Assembly (NCBI RefSeq): GCF_006345805.1
Contig: NC_043004.1
Coordinates: forward strand, 79,050,001-79,114,000
Origin: Octopus sinensis
Lineage: Eukaryota
Length of the DNA: 64,000 bases
Direction: 5' to 3'
Part shown: positions 1 through 12,339 of the stretch, in pieces
How positions within the stretch are numbered: the stretch's first letter is position 1
Layout: each line of letters opens with the position of its first letter
Position numbers and translations under genes: made by a program
Notes under the pieces: generated by a model
Database searches by the model: none
Told to the model about the DNA's origin: nothing
The model's input: the letters and a program-made list of their open reading frames with translations, nothing else

Positions 1-511
1 GTATATAAATAGACAATTTGGCTGCTTGTTTCTCTGGAAAATGTCAGAATGATTTGGACACCTCTTACGAAAACCCAATAAGGTCGAAATCGATTTGGTT
101 GTTTCATTTCCCATTTTGCAGAGAAATGGCTAAAATTTGCCCTGTGTATAATTATACCATATGTTACATATAAATACACTCACACACACACATACATACA
201 TACAATATATATATATATAATATATATATAATTATATATATTATATTTAATCAACTAATAAGGGTGAGAAAATTGGATACTAATTTAATAGTACCATCAA
301 TTTAACACAAGGGCTTAGTGCATAAAAACCAGGAATACAATAAAGTTTATACGTAAATATAAGAGAGTGACCACCATGTGGTCGACTCTAGCACGAAAAA
401 AATAGATCCGCTACGGTTTTCAGCCACGAAGAATTGTTTCCGATGAAAGTTAGCACAAACTATTAGCGTAAACGAACAGGGGGCAAATAACAAAATAAAA
501 AATGCATGATT

Positions 512-589
512 AATTCTGGACAATGTTTCGCTATTAATAAATTATGTAATTTTACTCACATAATATATCTGTAGCTCCTCAGCAGAATT
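512..589 (-). ncRNA. Type-I hammerhead ribozyme motif, canonical core
   Basis: Minus strand reads AAUUCUG-CUGAGGA-GCUA...UAGC-GAAA-CAUUG-UC^CAGAAUU. Stem I is 7 bp. Stem II is GCUA/UAGC plus a distal AUUAUGU/ACAUAAU helix. Stem III is minimal; the cleavage triplet is GUC. Confidence 0.75.
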
Positions 590-601
590 GTCTAGAATAC
601 A

Positions 602-633
<32 letters not shown>

Positions 634-719
634 TATATATATATTATATATAATATATATATATGTATATATGTATGTATGTATGTATATATATATACAT
701 AATAATATATTATAATAAT

Positions 720-764
<45 letters not shown>

Positions 765-835
765 TTTGATTTTTCCAGTTTCAGCTAATGAGCTGTGGCC
801 ATGTATATATGTATATATGTATGTATGTATGTATG

Positions 836-877
<42 letters not shown>

Positions 878-953
878 ATATATATATTATCAAATTCTAC
901 GTCGAATGATCCAATGATCCCATGATCCTACAAATGTACAATATATTCTTTAG

Positions 954-1127
954 AAGAATATCTTAGAGAAGGTTCAGTTGTTTCTGCGAAAACAAAACCA
1001 ACGCAAAACTACACCAACATTCGAGATGAAGAAGTACTTATTGCTGAAAGCCTGTTGAACTCAAGTTTCCAAGATTTTACCCGAAACACGACAGAATGTA
1101 AACCATTACACCCCACATTTGTTAAAG
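954..1127 (+). CDS. Candidate N-terminal non-collagenous exon (phase 1-1): EYLREGSVVSAKTKPTQNYTNIRDEEVLIAESLLNSSFQDFTRNTTECKPLHPTFVK
   Basis: Acceptor atattctttag at 953, donor AAAG|gtacaa at 1128. One open frame across 174 nt with three N-X-S/T sequons; less AT-rich than the flanks. The donor is weak. Confidence 0.4.
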
Positions 1128-1910
1128 GTACAATGACCTGTCTATTTGGTTCTCCTTACTTCCATACAGAAAACATATGAGGTTATATAAAATTTACTCT
1201 TTGAAATTTGAAGTGAAAATCGTCAACAAACAAGGAATTCAAACAAAATGTCGACACCACGAACCTTTTCTCATCAGATTTACCAATTGTTATTCTTCTG
1301 TTGCATGAGTGATATTGTCAACTTGTTCAGTTAATATTCGATTTGTACTTCGTTTCAGATGAGAATCCTCCTATTAGATTTGGAATCTGATTATATGAGA
1401 GAACATGAATTCTCGTAGATTGTTTATAACTAATTAAAAAGTGGTTACATCTGAAAATTTATGTAAAAAGTGGTGTAGCCGTAATAGTTTATTTATTTTA
1501 CAGAACATGTATCAGTAGATATTATTAACACGTCAAATATTCATACAAGAAAGATATTCATATTTCTTTGGTCGTTCCTTAAAAACTCTTTTTTTTAATT
1601 ATCCTCAAACGTTATTGGTTTAACGATCAGTTAATATCCATTTTAACTCAATGTGTTTCTTCCTCACATTGTATTTAATGTTAATAGTGATTTTATTAAC
1701 ATGTTTATTTCTGATGGAATTGTTTTATTATTAAACACCAGCACTTGACGGACGTTATACATAAGCAATAATTTGATATCGTTTTTACTAACATTGTTGA
1801 TAAGTGACAATATCACAATATCACACATACATATTTAGATAAATACACATTATCATATACTTAATTGCTCCTTTCTATTGCCAAATAGCGGAGATTAATG
1901 TTTATTACAG

Positions 1911-1990
1911 TTGCATTAGCTATACAGAATATTCCTCTTATTCTTCAGCGTCCCATTGGAAATAATTACAAGAAAAAAACATCGTCTCAG
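1911..1990 (+). CDS. Candidate linker exon (phase 1-0): (V)ALAIQNIPLILQRPIGNNYKKKTSSQ
   Basis: Acceptor tttattacag at 1910, donor CAG|gtagag at 1991. Its phases bridge the 954-1127 candidate (ends phase 1) to exon 4786 (starts phase 0). Confidence 0.3.
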
Positions 1991-3619
1991 GTAGAGGATA
2001 TGCCACTCTTGGGCGCCAAATCTTGCTTGCGCATTTTCTTCTGTCATTTTTTTTCTCTTTTTTTTTGTGGATTTCGGCTTTTCTTTCATTCTTTTGAACA
2101 AATAATTCTTATAGATCATTATTTCATTCCTTCTCTCTGTCAATCCCTTCCCTAATTTCTTTTTCCTCTTCTGTCTGTTGATGCTGATCCTAATTAAATT
2201 ACAATTTGTAACAAATTACTACTGCTACAGCTGTTGCACGAACTTCAATACTACCATTTTGCCCTTGTGTATATTTAGATATCATTTGAGATGCGCTTAT
2301 ACATGACGATGTAGAATTGACTTTCATTTCAAACAGAATTGTAACTATCAATAATAATAATAATTCTCTACTCATAGTTTACTGCAAGCATGATTAGAAA
2401 TAGAATTTCGTATCTTTTCTGTTAGAAATTTCGTTATCTATTGCCATTTCATTAAAAACGAAATAGCGTAATTAATTTCTTTCGTGTCCTGATTATCATT
2501 TAATTATCATTTAATTAACAATTTAATTATAGAAGAAAAATGTTTAGAAATATTTAACAGCAAATAAAATAGTTCTCTCCATACTTGCTAATCTCTCTGG
2601 AGTGATATATCTTTGAACTTTAAATATCTTTTAAATGAATGTAAGGGAAAGGTATGGAATCATATTTATCATTATGGATTTTAGCTTAAATATTCAAGCG
2701 ATTAAGTTAAACCAAATGATCGCTTACAGTTTCACGGAAATGCTTTTCTCCGTTTATATAGTTTTATAATATGGATTTATAATGATGTTTTTTTTAGGTG
2801 TGTCTTCAAACACCAAAGTTGTTTAATTTACGAATGATAACATACTAGAAATTTTCTCGGCAAACATAAACTAAATAAATAAATAAATAAATAAATAAAA
2901 GTCAATTCAGCAATAATGTAATAAAAAAATTCATAAAAGCCCTCAATTCCTGATAATGTATTAATATTGTACATTTTGTAGTCGCAAATGGCAACGAAAG
3001 GATAAACATAACTGATTGATTGGTAAATCGATCGATTAATCAAGCAATCGATTAGTTAATTGGTTCAATAATTAACCAATTGATGAATTATGAAGACGTG
3101 ATATAGAACCAGTGTGTGGGTGTTTATTATTGACATAATGCCCCTCCCGAGATAAAACAAAATATATTTCAATACACAAATCCACACCAAGAATCTTGCA
3201 AACCAAATACAAAACAACGCATTAATTTTGTATAAAATTTCATGAGTATAATTTTTGTTTAGGTAGAGATAGACATAATAGAGATCCCATAATAATTTCT
3301 TGGGCATCTACCAGTTTTCATTTTCGTTTAGGGTTAAAATATGATTGGTTTTTAGATTATAAAACACATTTAAAAAATCAGATTAATGCAAAATTAGAAC
3401 TTAATATGGATAAAACAAATGATAATAGGATACATCTCAGTCAGAGAAATATTACCCAGCTCCAGATTATCAACCGACAATATGGCGTCCATTTATCTCA
3501 TTATAAAAGCAGCCATTTTCTAAAGCATTCTTCAAAGTTTATGACACTAACAAATAAAATATACATAAGGTATCTTAATTCTGTATTAGCAATTATAGGG
3601 GTGGTATATATATATATAG

Positions 3620-3662
<43 letters not shown>

Positions 3663-4291
3663 CTTTGTTTTTGTTTTTATATTTGTTAATAAACAGTCCT
3701 CAAGCAATTTTTCCTCTCATCCGGATATTTTCAGCTTAATCCGACATTTGCTGAACTACTCTGAAATCTCTTCATAAATACATTAAATGTAAATATTATA
3801 TGCTTAGATATCAGCAGAAATTTACATAACAAACACAAAGGAGCCATCAATTGTGCATGAAAATCATCCCTTATTTATTTTAACATTATTTTCATCTGAT
3901 GCTATTTCCTTTCCATAATTTTGTCGTTCGACCCCCATTATGAAATAACAAATATTATATATTTTATGTTGACTAAACCTTGCTGCTTATGTGTAAAACA
4001 GTGTGTATAATGCATCATAACTATAGTACAAACTGAACCTGTTAATCATTGTGTCCATGGCAATAATTGTTTTATATATTCTTTTGTTTATTTTAAACAT
4101 TTACCACCTTTCCCCTACTTAATCAAAATTTATTGTCTATCATCATTTACATATTTCCACATTTACTGAATGCTTCCTTATATCCTTATCGATCTAAAAT
4201 TTCTATATACATATGTATGTATATATGTATATGTATATATTTATATACTACGTACATATAATATATAATCTTATGTATATATACATATATT

Positions 4292-4359
<68 letters not shown>

Positions 4360-4785
4360 GCAATTTTATGTATGTAAATTTTTATATACATGGTATATAA
4401 ATATATGTAATTTTAAACCATGAGTATTTCAATTACTTTTTGTTATAAAGTTGTTTTCTTTAAAATGTAAAAACAGTTTGAGTTGGAATACCAAACTTTG
4501 ATTGCAATATAAATGTTGTGTTTCTCCTTGGTTATTTCATGCATGGAAAATATTGTTTCAAGTCAATGTATATTTGAAAATTGTTCAGTATCTTCAATGT
4601 TTTATAACAGTAACGAAATATATTCGTGTGAAATTCTTCAATGCATAAAATGCTATGTTCGTTTTGGGGATTTTTTTTTGTGATAAAACTGTTTTTAAAG
4701 CAATAATCTTTAAATGTAGAATTTTACTATAGTTTACAATTTTCTATACTGTGTCACTAATTATGTACCATGATATGTTTTATAG

Positions 4786-4845
4786 AAAAAACCCAAATGT
4801 AACATTGTCTGTCCACGAGGTAAACCCGGTATAAATGGAACTGAT
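4786..4845 (+). CDS. Collagen exon at NC/helix junction: KKPKCNIVCPRGKPGINGTD
   Basis: gttttatag|AAA...GAT|gtaagt; 60 nt; C-x3-C-P-R followed by three Gly-X-Y triplets. Confidence 0.85.
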
Positions 4846-5107
4846 GTAAGTATATCACATTATTTCCGCTTGTGCGTGTGTGGGTGTGTATAAAAAGAAC
4901 ACGGATGGAGTTTAAAATTTACTACGGCTGTTTCAATAGAATTTTATTGATGTATTCATAGATTACATCATAGCATATAGTTCACCGTCTCCAGGTGAAA
5001 TTTTGAACAGGTATAAACAGATGAGATAATATCTTGATGATGAAGTGTCTATATGTGTGCGTGTGTGCATGGTTTATGCGTGCATATGTATGTGTGTGTA
5101 TGCGTGG

Positions 5108-5148
<41 letters not shown>

Positions 5149-5787
5149 GTGTGTGTCTGTGTGTGCGTCTGTGTGTTTGACAGGATGGTAAACGTGGTGC
5201 ATTTGAAAGGAATATTTCTGGCATTTATTTAGTGTATGCAGTATAGAGAAGCGCAAAATGAGTGGAAAATGTTGAGATTTTCCCCATGGGCCTACCTCTT
5301 ACGGAATTATCATGGTCGAAAAAAAAATGGATTGATGGAAGATCCCTTAAAGTTGATACCTTCTCTTGCAAGAAAGCAAACGAATCGGCTACAGTTTGTG
5401 AGGCAGAAAAGTTTATGTGCTTTTCGATGCATAAAAAAAGACATCTTTTCGGTTTCGGTCGATATATTTCCAGGAATTGTGACGGTTAATAAAAGGTGGG
5501 GGTGAATTTTTTGCCAATTGTTGTAGGCCGTGATTTTAACTGAACCACTGTAATGCATAAACCATTCGATGGAAATGAGATTTTACGTATCCTCCGTTGT
5601 TGAGGATTTGAAAATATATACCCAACAGGATGATTTCAGTCCTCTCAGATGTCTCTGATGTCCCAAGAGTGAAGCCCTTGCACCGTTAAAGCAGTTATCA
5701 TGTAATTGACTAAGTTTTGACTAATCAACTTTGCGGGGAGAGAATGTTGCATATTGCAAGGGTTTATAGTGATGGTTTAATCACAAT

Positions 5788-5971
5788 TATTTCTTTATTG
5801 CCCACAAGGGGCTAAACATAGAGGGGACAAACAAGGACAGACAAAGGGACATCGATCCCAATGCGTAACTGCTACTTATTTAATCGACGCCGAAAGGATG
5901 AAAGGCAAAGTCGACCTCGGCGGAATTTGAACTCAGAATATAGCGTCAGACGAAATACCTCTAAGCATTTC
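5788..5971 (-). mobile_element. SINE family A, 5'-truncated copy
   Basis: Reverse complement matches the body and tail of the copies at 25806 and 55377 (gtcgactttgcctttcatcctttcgg...gcaataaagaaata). Confidence 0.85.
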
Positions 5972-6504
5972 TTCTGAACAGTGGAAGTAAAGACATCGAG
6001 ATTGTTTGGTAGAATTTAGGATTAGGAGATGAGAAAGTGATCAACAGAGTTTGGAATGTCAGTAATACTTGTACAGGATAAAAACTAGAAAATTCAAACA
6101 TATTCGTCACTACATTCCATATTTAACTAATTTTCATTAATTAAAATTTCTTGGTAGTCTCCCTTTTCTTTTTTTAACCAGATTTTGTCCTTTAGTAAAT
6201 GATTTTCACACAAAACGCATAAACTTAAATTAATGAAAATATTTTGCCATTAAATATTCAATTTTAATTAAGGAAAATTTCTTGGTTCAGTATATGCTAG
6301 CATCCACTCTACTGCTATCATTTATGCAGCAAGCATCCTTGGGTAGCTTTCCCCGTCATTTATGTACTTGTAATAAAGAGTTGAGGATTGCAAAATATTT
6401 AATTTCTGCTCTAGCGACATCAGTATAAAGATGAGTGCAAAAAGCAAGTAAAGTTGTTAGCGCTGAAGTCAACGAGGGCGATGAATTTAGAGAAGAATGA
6501 AGTG

Positions 6505-6549
<45 letters not shown>

Positions 6550-7116
6550 CACACACACGCACACACACACATAATACATATATACATACACATACATACA
6601 TACATATACACACACGTATGCATACATACATCCTCGAAGCAGGAAGAGATATGGTCGAAGATTTGTTGGCAGTTGGAGGCGTTCGGAGTGTGGTAGAGAG
6701 AAAGCAGATATCTTGAGAGGAGTCGAGGGAGTGAGTCTCTGATCAAAAGCAGATGTATTTATAGAAGTAGGCAAAGAAGACGCAGCCATCCAGCCTAACA
6801 GACTTCTCGACACTCGTCAGCCACTTGATATTACTATTATGCTTCTTCATATAGTTTCAAGTACTTTTTACTGGCAAATTCATTGATGAAATTCTCACCA
6901 AACTAATTCTAAGATATAATTGGAACAAGTTTTGGTTACATCTTTATTTCTTTATTTCATTACTGTAAAATTACGAATGGTACGGCTTCCGTCTTTTTGC
7001 TGCTTATATTTTTACCTCCTTTATAAACATAAGGAGTCATTCCAGTACAAAATATTGGTTTCAAATTTTGGCACAAGGCCAGCAAGTTCGGAGAAGAAGT
7101 TTAAGTCGATTACATC

Positions 7117-7575
7117 TGCTCAACTGCTCCTTACATTGCTCAGCTGGTCCTTATATTGCTCAACTGGTCCTTACATTGCTCAACTAGTTCTTGCATTGCT
7201 CAACTAGTCCTTGCATTGCTCAGCTGGTCCTTACATTGCTCAACTAGTCCTTGCATTGCTCAACTGGTCCTTACATTGCTCAACTAGTCCTTGCATTGCT
7301 CAGCTGGTCCTTACATTGCTCAACTGGTCCTTCTATTGCTCAACTAGTCCTTCTATTGCTCAACTAGTCCTTACATTACTCAACTGGTCCTTCTATTGCT
7401 CAACTAGTCCTTGCATTGCTCAGATGGTCCTTGCATTGCTCAGCTAGTCTTTGCATTGCTCATCTGGTCCATACATTGTTCAACTAGTCCTTGCAATGTT
7501 CAGCTGGTCCTTGCATTGTTCAGCTGGTCCTTGCATTGCTCAAATGATCCTTACGTTGCTCAACTGGTCCTTATT
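7117..7575. repeat. 20-bp minisatellite, about 23 copies (consensus TGCTCAACTGGTCCTTACAT), embedded in a minus-strand SINE A
   Basis: A 20-nt period is directly visible, with no spacers. The flanks continue SINE A sequence. Confidence 0.95.
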
Positions 7576-7844
7576 TTATCGATTTCAAACGATAAACTTG
7601 TAGAACTCATCTAACAGCTCTATAGATTTATTGTTGGCGAAAACTTTTGGGTTCGCAACTTTTGGGTTCAATCCTATCTTATTTTAAAGAGTTGTTTTCA
7701 TGGCAATTCTCGAAGTTAGACCAAATACTTCATTTCTGCAGCTTTATCATAATTTTATGTTCAATTCCGGGGATAACAGATTTTGCCTTTATTCTCTGAG
7801 TAATTTTTTAGTACCAGTAATATAGTATTCGATATAGTCAACTA

Positions 7845-8215
7845 CACTGCTGAGTAGTTAAGAAGATTGGTTTGAAACTAATTGGTTTTGGGTTCAGTGC
7901 CAAGTCTCTCCTACTATGGCCCCGGGCCGACCAATGCCTTATCAGTGAATTTGGCAGACAAAAACAGTATAAGCCCGTCGTAAATATACGTACGCATGTG
8001 GGTGTCCTTGTGGTTGTGTTTGTTCCTTTACCACAACGTTTGAGAACCGGTGTTGGTTTGTTTTCGTCCCTGTAACATAACATTTCAGCAAAAAGTGAAT
8101 AAGCACAAACATAAAGATAAGAACTAGGGTTGATTTGTCCGACTAAACCTTCAATGTGGTGCCCCAGCATGGCTACAGTCTAATGACTTAAACAAATGAA
8201 AGTAAATGATAAAGA
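7845..8215 (+). mobile_element. SINE family D, diverged copy
   Basis: Collinear with the reverse complement of 23571-23973 (gccgaccaatgcctt...ccccagcatggctacagtc). Confidence 0.7.
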
Positions 8216-8554
8216 TATATCTCATTCACTTCAATACTTTCATTCCGATTTATCTAAACTGATATCACAAAGTATTTCAGTTTTCAATTAGATTTAGAAA
8301 CTATAAGGAAGCCTTGAATATGGCAAAACAACTTCAATGAAATAGTTTAATGTACAAGAAATACTAACGACCAAGCGAAAATGTAATCAATAAGTTTCGT
8401 TAGAATTATTTCGATTATATTTTCCCTGAATGAACCGGACATTTGTGAGTTTGGCAAGCAATTTGATCTGAGGTCGTTTGTGTAGTAAAATAATTACAAA
8501 GTAGTGAGAGTAACCAGGTTGTAAATACGCGACGGTTGTTTAATAATAATAATG

Positions 8555-8611
<57 letters not shown>

Positions 8612-8614
<3 letters not shown>

Positions 8615-9595
8615 CGCAAACCTCCGCCAAGGCAACACCAACGTCTTCTCAACGATTAGACGGAGATGATTTTTAAAATGAGAATATCTTAAATAAACTC
8701 CCAACCGCTCTCAAAAATTAAGTAAAAGACCCGGAAAAATAATCCAGAATCCTCGTCCGGTACATGATCGATCCCAATGGTAGTCATAGAATGTGAAAGT
8801 GGGTGTGCGGGCCGTGTTTGTAATACTGTGTGTGTGCCGTCTGCAGTGGGAAAGGGACAGTTTTCTCCATGAAGGCCTTTTTTTAGTCTATACACTGATA
8901 TAATGTCATAATTGCCATTAATGTCTATAGTAGAAAATTTATCCGTGCGTGAAAGAAAACGGAAAGGACCTGCATACGGTTCTGCCAACGGAAGTTTAAG
9001 AACTTCGTTGCGCGCAAAACTCGTGGGTCCAAGATGTAAAGCTTCCTTCAAGGCAGAGCTAGAAATGCAATTGTCAAGTAGGTCAGAGATTGGTAAAACT
9101 AAAAATTATTGAGGATAATTAAATTTATTATTGTTACTGAATATGTTAGTGTTCTTTCATTTCTGAACGGTTTTGCTGCCGTTTGTTCATGTAGCTTGAT
9201 TTTTTTATCCATCAGTTTCTACGAAGATAGAGACGCTAGTTAAATTGATATTAGAGAAACGAAAATAAAACTATGGAAACAGCAACGCCGCTATAACTTA
9301 CGTGGAAACCATGAGCATGCTTTCAAGGGAGATAGACTTGAAAGTGAAAGTAAGATCGTAATACATCATGTAAAGTTAAGTAAATATAACAAATAATCCA
9401 GAATCCTTGTCCAGCACCGAATCGATCCCAAAATCTAATCATCTCATGCCAATCACGTGTCCAGGCATCCCTGAAAGTTTCATCCGAATCCATTTAGCGG
9501 TTCTTGAGATATCTTGTTCACGGACAAACAAGCAAACAAACACAACTGAAAATAATACCTCCGCTTTTGCGCCTTTGCTAAGGTGGCGTTATTAA
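8612..9595. mobile_element. Helentron/HINE-like non-autonomous element pieces enclosing a Gypsy fragment
   Basis: Ends read acctccgccaagg (8620) and acaaacaagcaaac...aataatacctccgc...aaggtggcgttatt (9525-9593). The internal direct repeat aataatccagaatcct..gtcc...atcgatcccaa occurs at about 8738 and 9393. The family call is from motif recollection. Confidence 0.4.
8870..9060 (-). mobile_element. Ty3/Gypsy integrase C-terminal (GPY/F) fragment
   Basis: ORF 8689-9051 contains PYAGPFRFLSRTDKFSTIDINGNYDIISVYRLK, matching the Gypsy GPF...ID.NG..D.VS..RLK pattern. Confidence 0.75.
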
Positions 9596-10303
9596 ATGCC
9601 CTGATGCAGTACCAATGCCCTGATGAAGTACCAGGCAGTGGCTCTCATGGATTCTCATCTTAACTGATTGGAAGTGTTATCATGGACATTGTTTTGTCTT
9701 GGTATAAAAGATGGGCTACAGCAAATAATCTGCTCAATACCAAAGATTTGCTTGTCAGTTGCTTGACCTCAACCACTTGAGCATGTCCCTTAGTGGCTGA
9801 CGATATGTGCATCTCTGATCACGTGTAGAAGTAGTGGGGGAGCATCATAGCCATGTCTTTGGGATATGAGTGATTTACCTCTGGAAACAGGTGTTTTGTT
9901 CATCATCCTTAAAACAAACCTTATTCAGGGACCTTTTGAGCTGGATGGGTTACTTGACCTGAAGAAAATTCCTACTGGGCCCCACCTGCTGTTTATCTTG
10001 ATATGAGAACACCATGTCACGCACATATGGTTGTGATGCACGTGTCTGGTGTACACTTATTAATATATTAATTTAACAAAAAACGAGTACACCATCAGAA
10101 GTCTGCGCTCCCTCAATCCACCCCCTAAAACTAAGAACACAATGCTCCCCTCACACCATACGATCACGGTGTTGCACCAAGTGGTGCAATATAAATTCGC
10201 ATGAAACTACTCTAGTGAAAAATAACAGAGATTATAACTGCTTGTGTTTTAGCGGTTTCGCTGACCAAAAATCTGATGCAATTGTATTATATATTTTTTG
10301 CAG

Positions 10304-10411
10304 GGACTTCCAGGGATCCCCGGTATTAATGGTAGGGATGGCGAACGAGGTTTACCCGGAGTACCAGGATTAAGAGGCGCGCCAGGCCCACGAGGAGCCG
10401 ATGGTGAGACG
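10304..10411 (+). CDS. Collagen exon [36 protein letters not shown]
   Basis: ttttttgcag|GGA...ACG|gtaggt; 108 nt, 12 perfect triplets. Confidence 0.96.
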
Positions 10412-10518
10412 GTAGGTAGAACGCTTTCTTTTCATAGCAATATCGTTCTAATTATATCCAACCATGTATGCAAATATATATCAACATTATATTTATATAA
10501 TATAGATCTATGATATAT

Positions 10519-10577
<59 letters not shown>

Positions 10578-10836
10578 ATATAGCTGATAGGAAATGGAGC
10601 GAATAATTAAAAATGAGAATGACTTTAAAACACCAATGATCCCCTTTTCATTGTTAATTATCGCTCCATTTCTTATCGTCTCTCTCTATATTAAACCACT
10701 GTTTTACCTTTAAATTACCTACTACCGTATACCTTATGACGAGTATTATGCATACTGAGGTAATACACCGGGAATGCCTACGGATACATCTATCCCTTAG
10801 ATGGTTGAATAACCTCTAACTTATATCTTACACAAT

Positions 10837-10869
<33 letters not shown>

Positions 10870-10979
10870 TGGCCTGCTCGCTTAGCCAGCGGGGTGGCGT
10901 CATTCGAAGGCTAAAACAATGCGAACTCATTGTGACCAGCGATGTGTAACTACATCTGATAGACTGGTCGGTCACGTGT

Positions 10980-11013
<34 letters not shown>

Positions 11014-11100
11014 GTATAAGGTTGAAAAGGAACACCCGAGTTGATATATATGGAAAAAGAAAGTCAAGGTAGAAAATGCTAAAATAATTTTATAAAACCA

Positions 11101-11142
11101 TTTCAGTACCGGTTTCAGTCATTGAGACTTTTTCAACAGTAA
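11101..11142 (-). ncRNA. Hammerhead-like motif with U3-A8 covariant core
   Basis: Minus strand reads CUG-UUGAAAA-AGUC-UCAAU-GACU-GAAA-CCGG-UA^CUG. Stem II is 4 bp, stem III is the palindrome ACCGGU, cleavage triplet GUA. Stem I has a U.U mismatch. Confidence 0.55.
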
Positions 11143-11923
11143 GTATGGAAGACAATTAAATTTTGGAAAAATTAAAAGAAAAGTTTTTTAAAAGAATATC
11201 TGCATAGTATTCAAATACAGGGGGCATTTTCCATGTTTCTGCCTGTCTCTGTCTCTCTTGTTTACTCTTGTGAGCTCGAGGTCGTTGTAAATTCTTGGTA
11301 GAGAAGAAGAAGAAGAAGAAGAAGAAGAAGAGAAGAAGAAGAAGAAGAAGAAGAAGAAGAATACGGGAGTGCCATGATAGCAGTAGGATGTTGAATGGGC
11401 AAGTGCCCTGAAAGTGACTTGTTGTGGATAGTAGTAGTGATTGAATTCTTAAATACTTGTATTTGAATATGCAAATATTCTTTTAAAAAAACTTTTTTTT
11501 TCAATATATACACACTGTATTTTCTGGTGTAATGGACGCCGCTTTATTTTATTCTTGATTTTAATTGAAAAATCTGACCTGTGGTTCATACATGAATAAA
11601 TACGTTATACATATTGTTAATTTATATGTAATTTATAGATATGTAAATTATGTTAATGGCTGTGAGTTGGTGCAAATACTAAAGCGCTGAGCTGTGGTCT
11701 GTAGCGTATTTTGACTCTTTACTTACTAAGTTCAGATCCGGTTGTTGTGTAACTTTATTTTTCCTCTCTGCGAAACCCCTAAAAATAAGCAACAGCTATA
11801 TGTTAGGTCAATCCACTTAGTTACATATAACCCCCAGAGAAAATTGAACTTGAGTCGGATCGAAAGAAATACATATTCGTGTTTTCCTTTTTAATTTTTT
11901 ATTCCTTTTTTTAATATTTTTAG

Positions 11924-11977
11924 GGTACCATTGGCCCTCGTGGCCCTGAAGGACGTCGGGGATTGAGAGGAGAGAAA
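11924..11977 (+). CDS. Collagen exon GTIGPRGPEGRRGLRGEK
   Basis: atttttag|GGT...AAA|gtaagt; 54 nt. Confidence 0.95.
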
Positions 11978-12339
11978 GTAAGTACGGAATAAAAGCCATA
12001 TTTGTTTTAATTAAGAATTAAAAGGACACAACTAAACACATTGGTAAACAAGCCGCAGACACACGCTCCCATTCACTCATGCACACACACAGAAACAAGC
12101 TCACACATATGAATCTATTTGTCCAAAGTGTCGCAGAACGGGGTTAAATATCGAACCATCTGATTGCTAAACGAACTTTCTGACATCATAGTTACACAGA
12201 TAGACATAGATAAATAGATGCATATGTGCATCTATCCATCTATCTACCTAGCTATCTATCTCTCTGACTGTCTACCTGCCTATCTATCTATTTATCTATT
12301 TTACACACTCACATTTATATATAAAACTTAGATATGTTT

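Noticed and set aside
1359-1416. Short ATG-initiated frame after ttcgtttcag
   Set aside because: Only 19 codons before a stop, with a weak donor; it does not fit the exon phase chain.
6356-6820. Minus-strand ORFs 6356-6813 as a gene or a Penelope N-terminal remnant
   Set aside because: Split by a (CA)n tract and lacking any motif I can identify with confidence.
7117-7575. CRISPR-like array
   Set aside because: Units are head-to-tail with no unique spacers, the context is eukaryotic, and the unit derives from a SINE.
10298-10513. Single-exon ORF predictions overlapping collagen exons (also 52232-52624 and 46545-47018)
   Set aside because: The Gly-X-Y portion stops exactly at GT donors; the remainder is intron read-through or the antisense frame.
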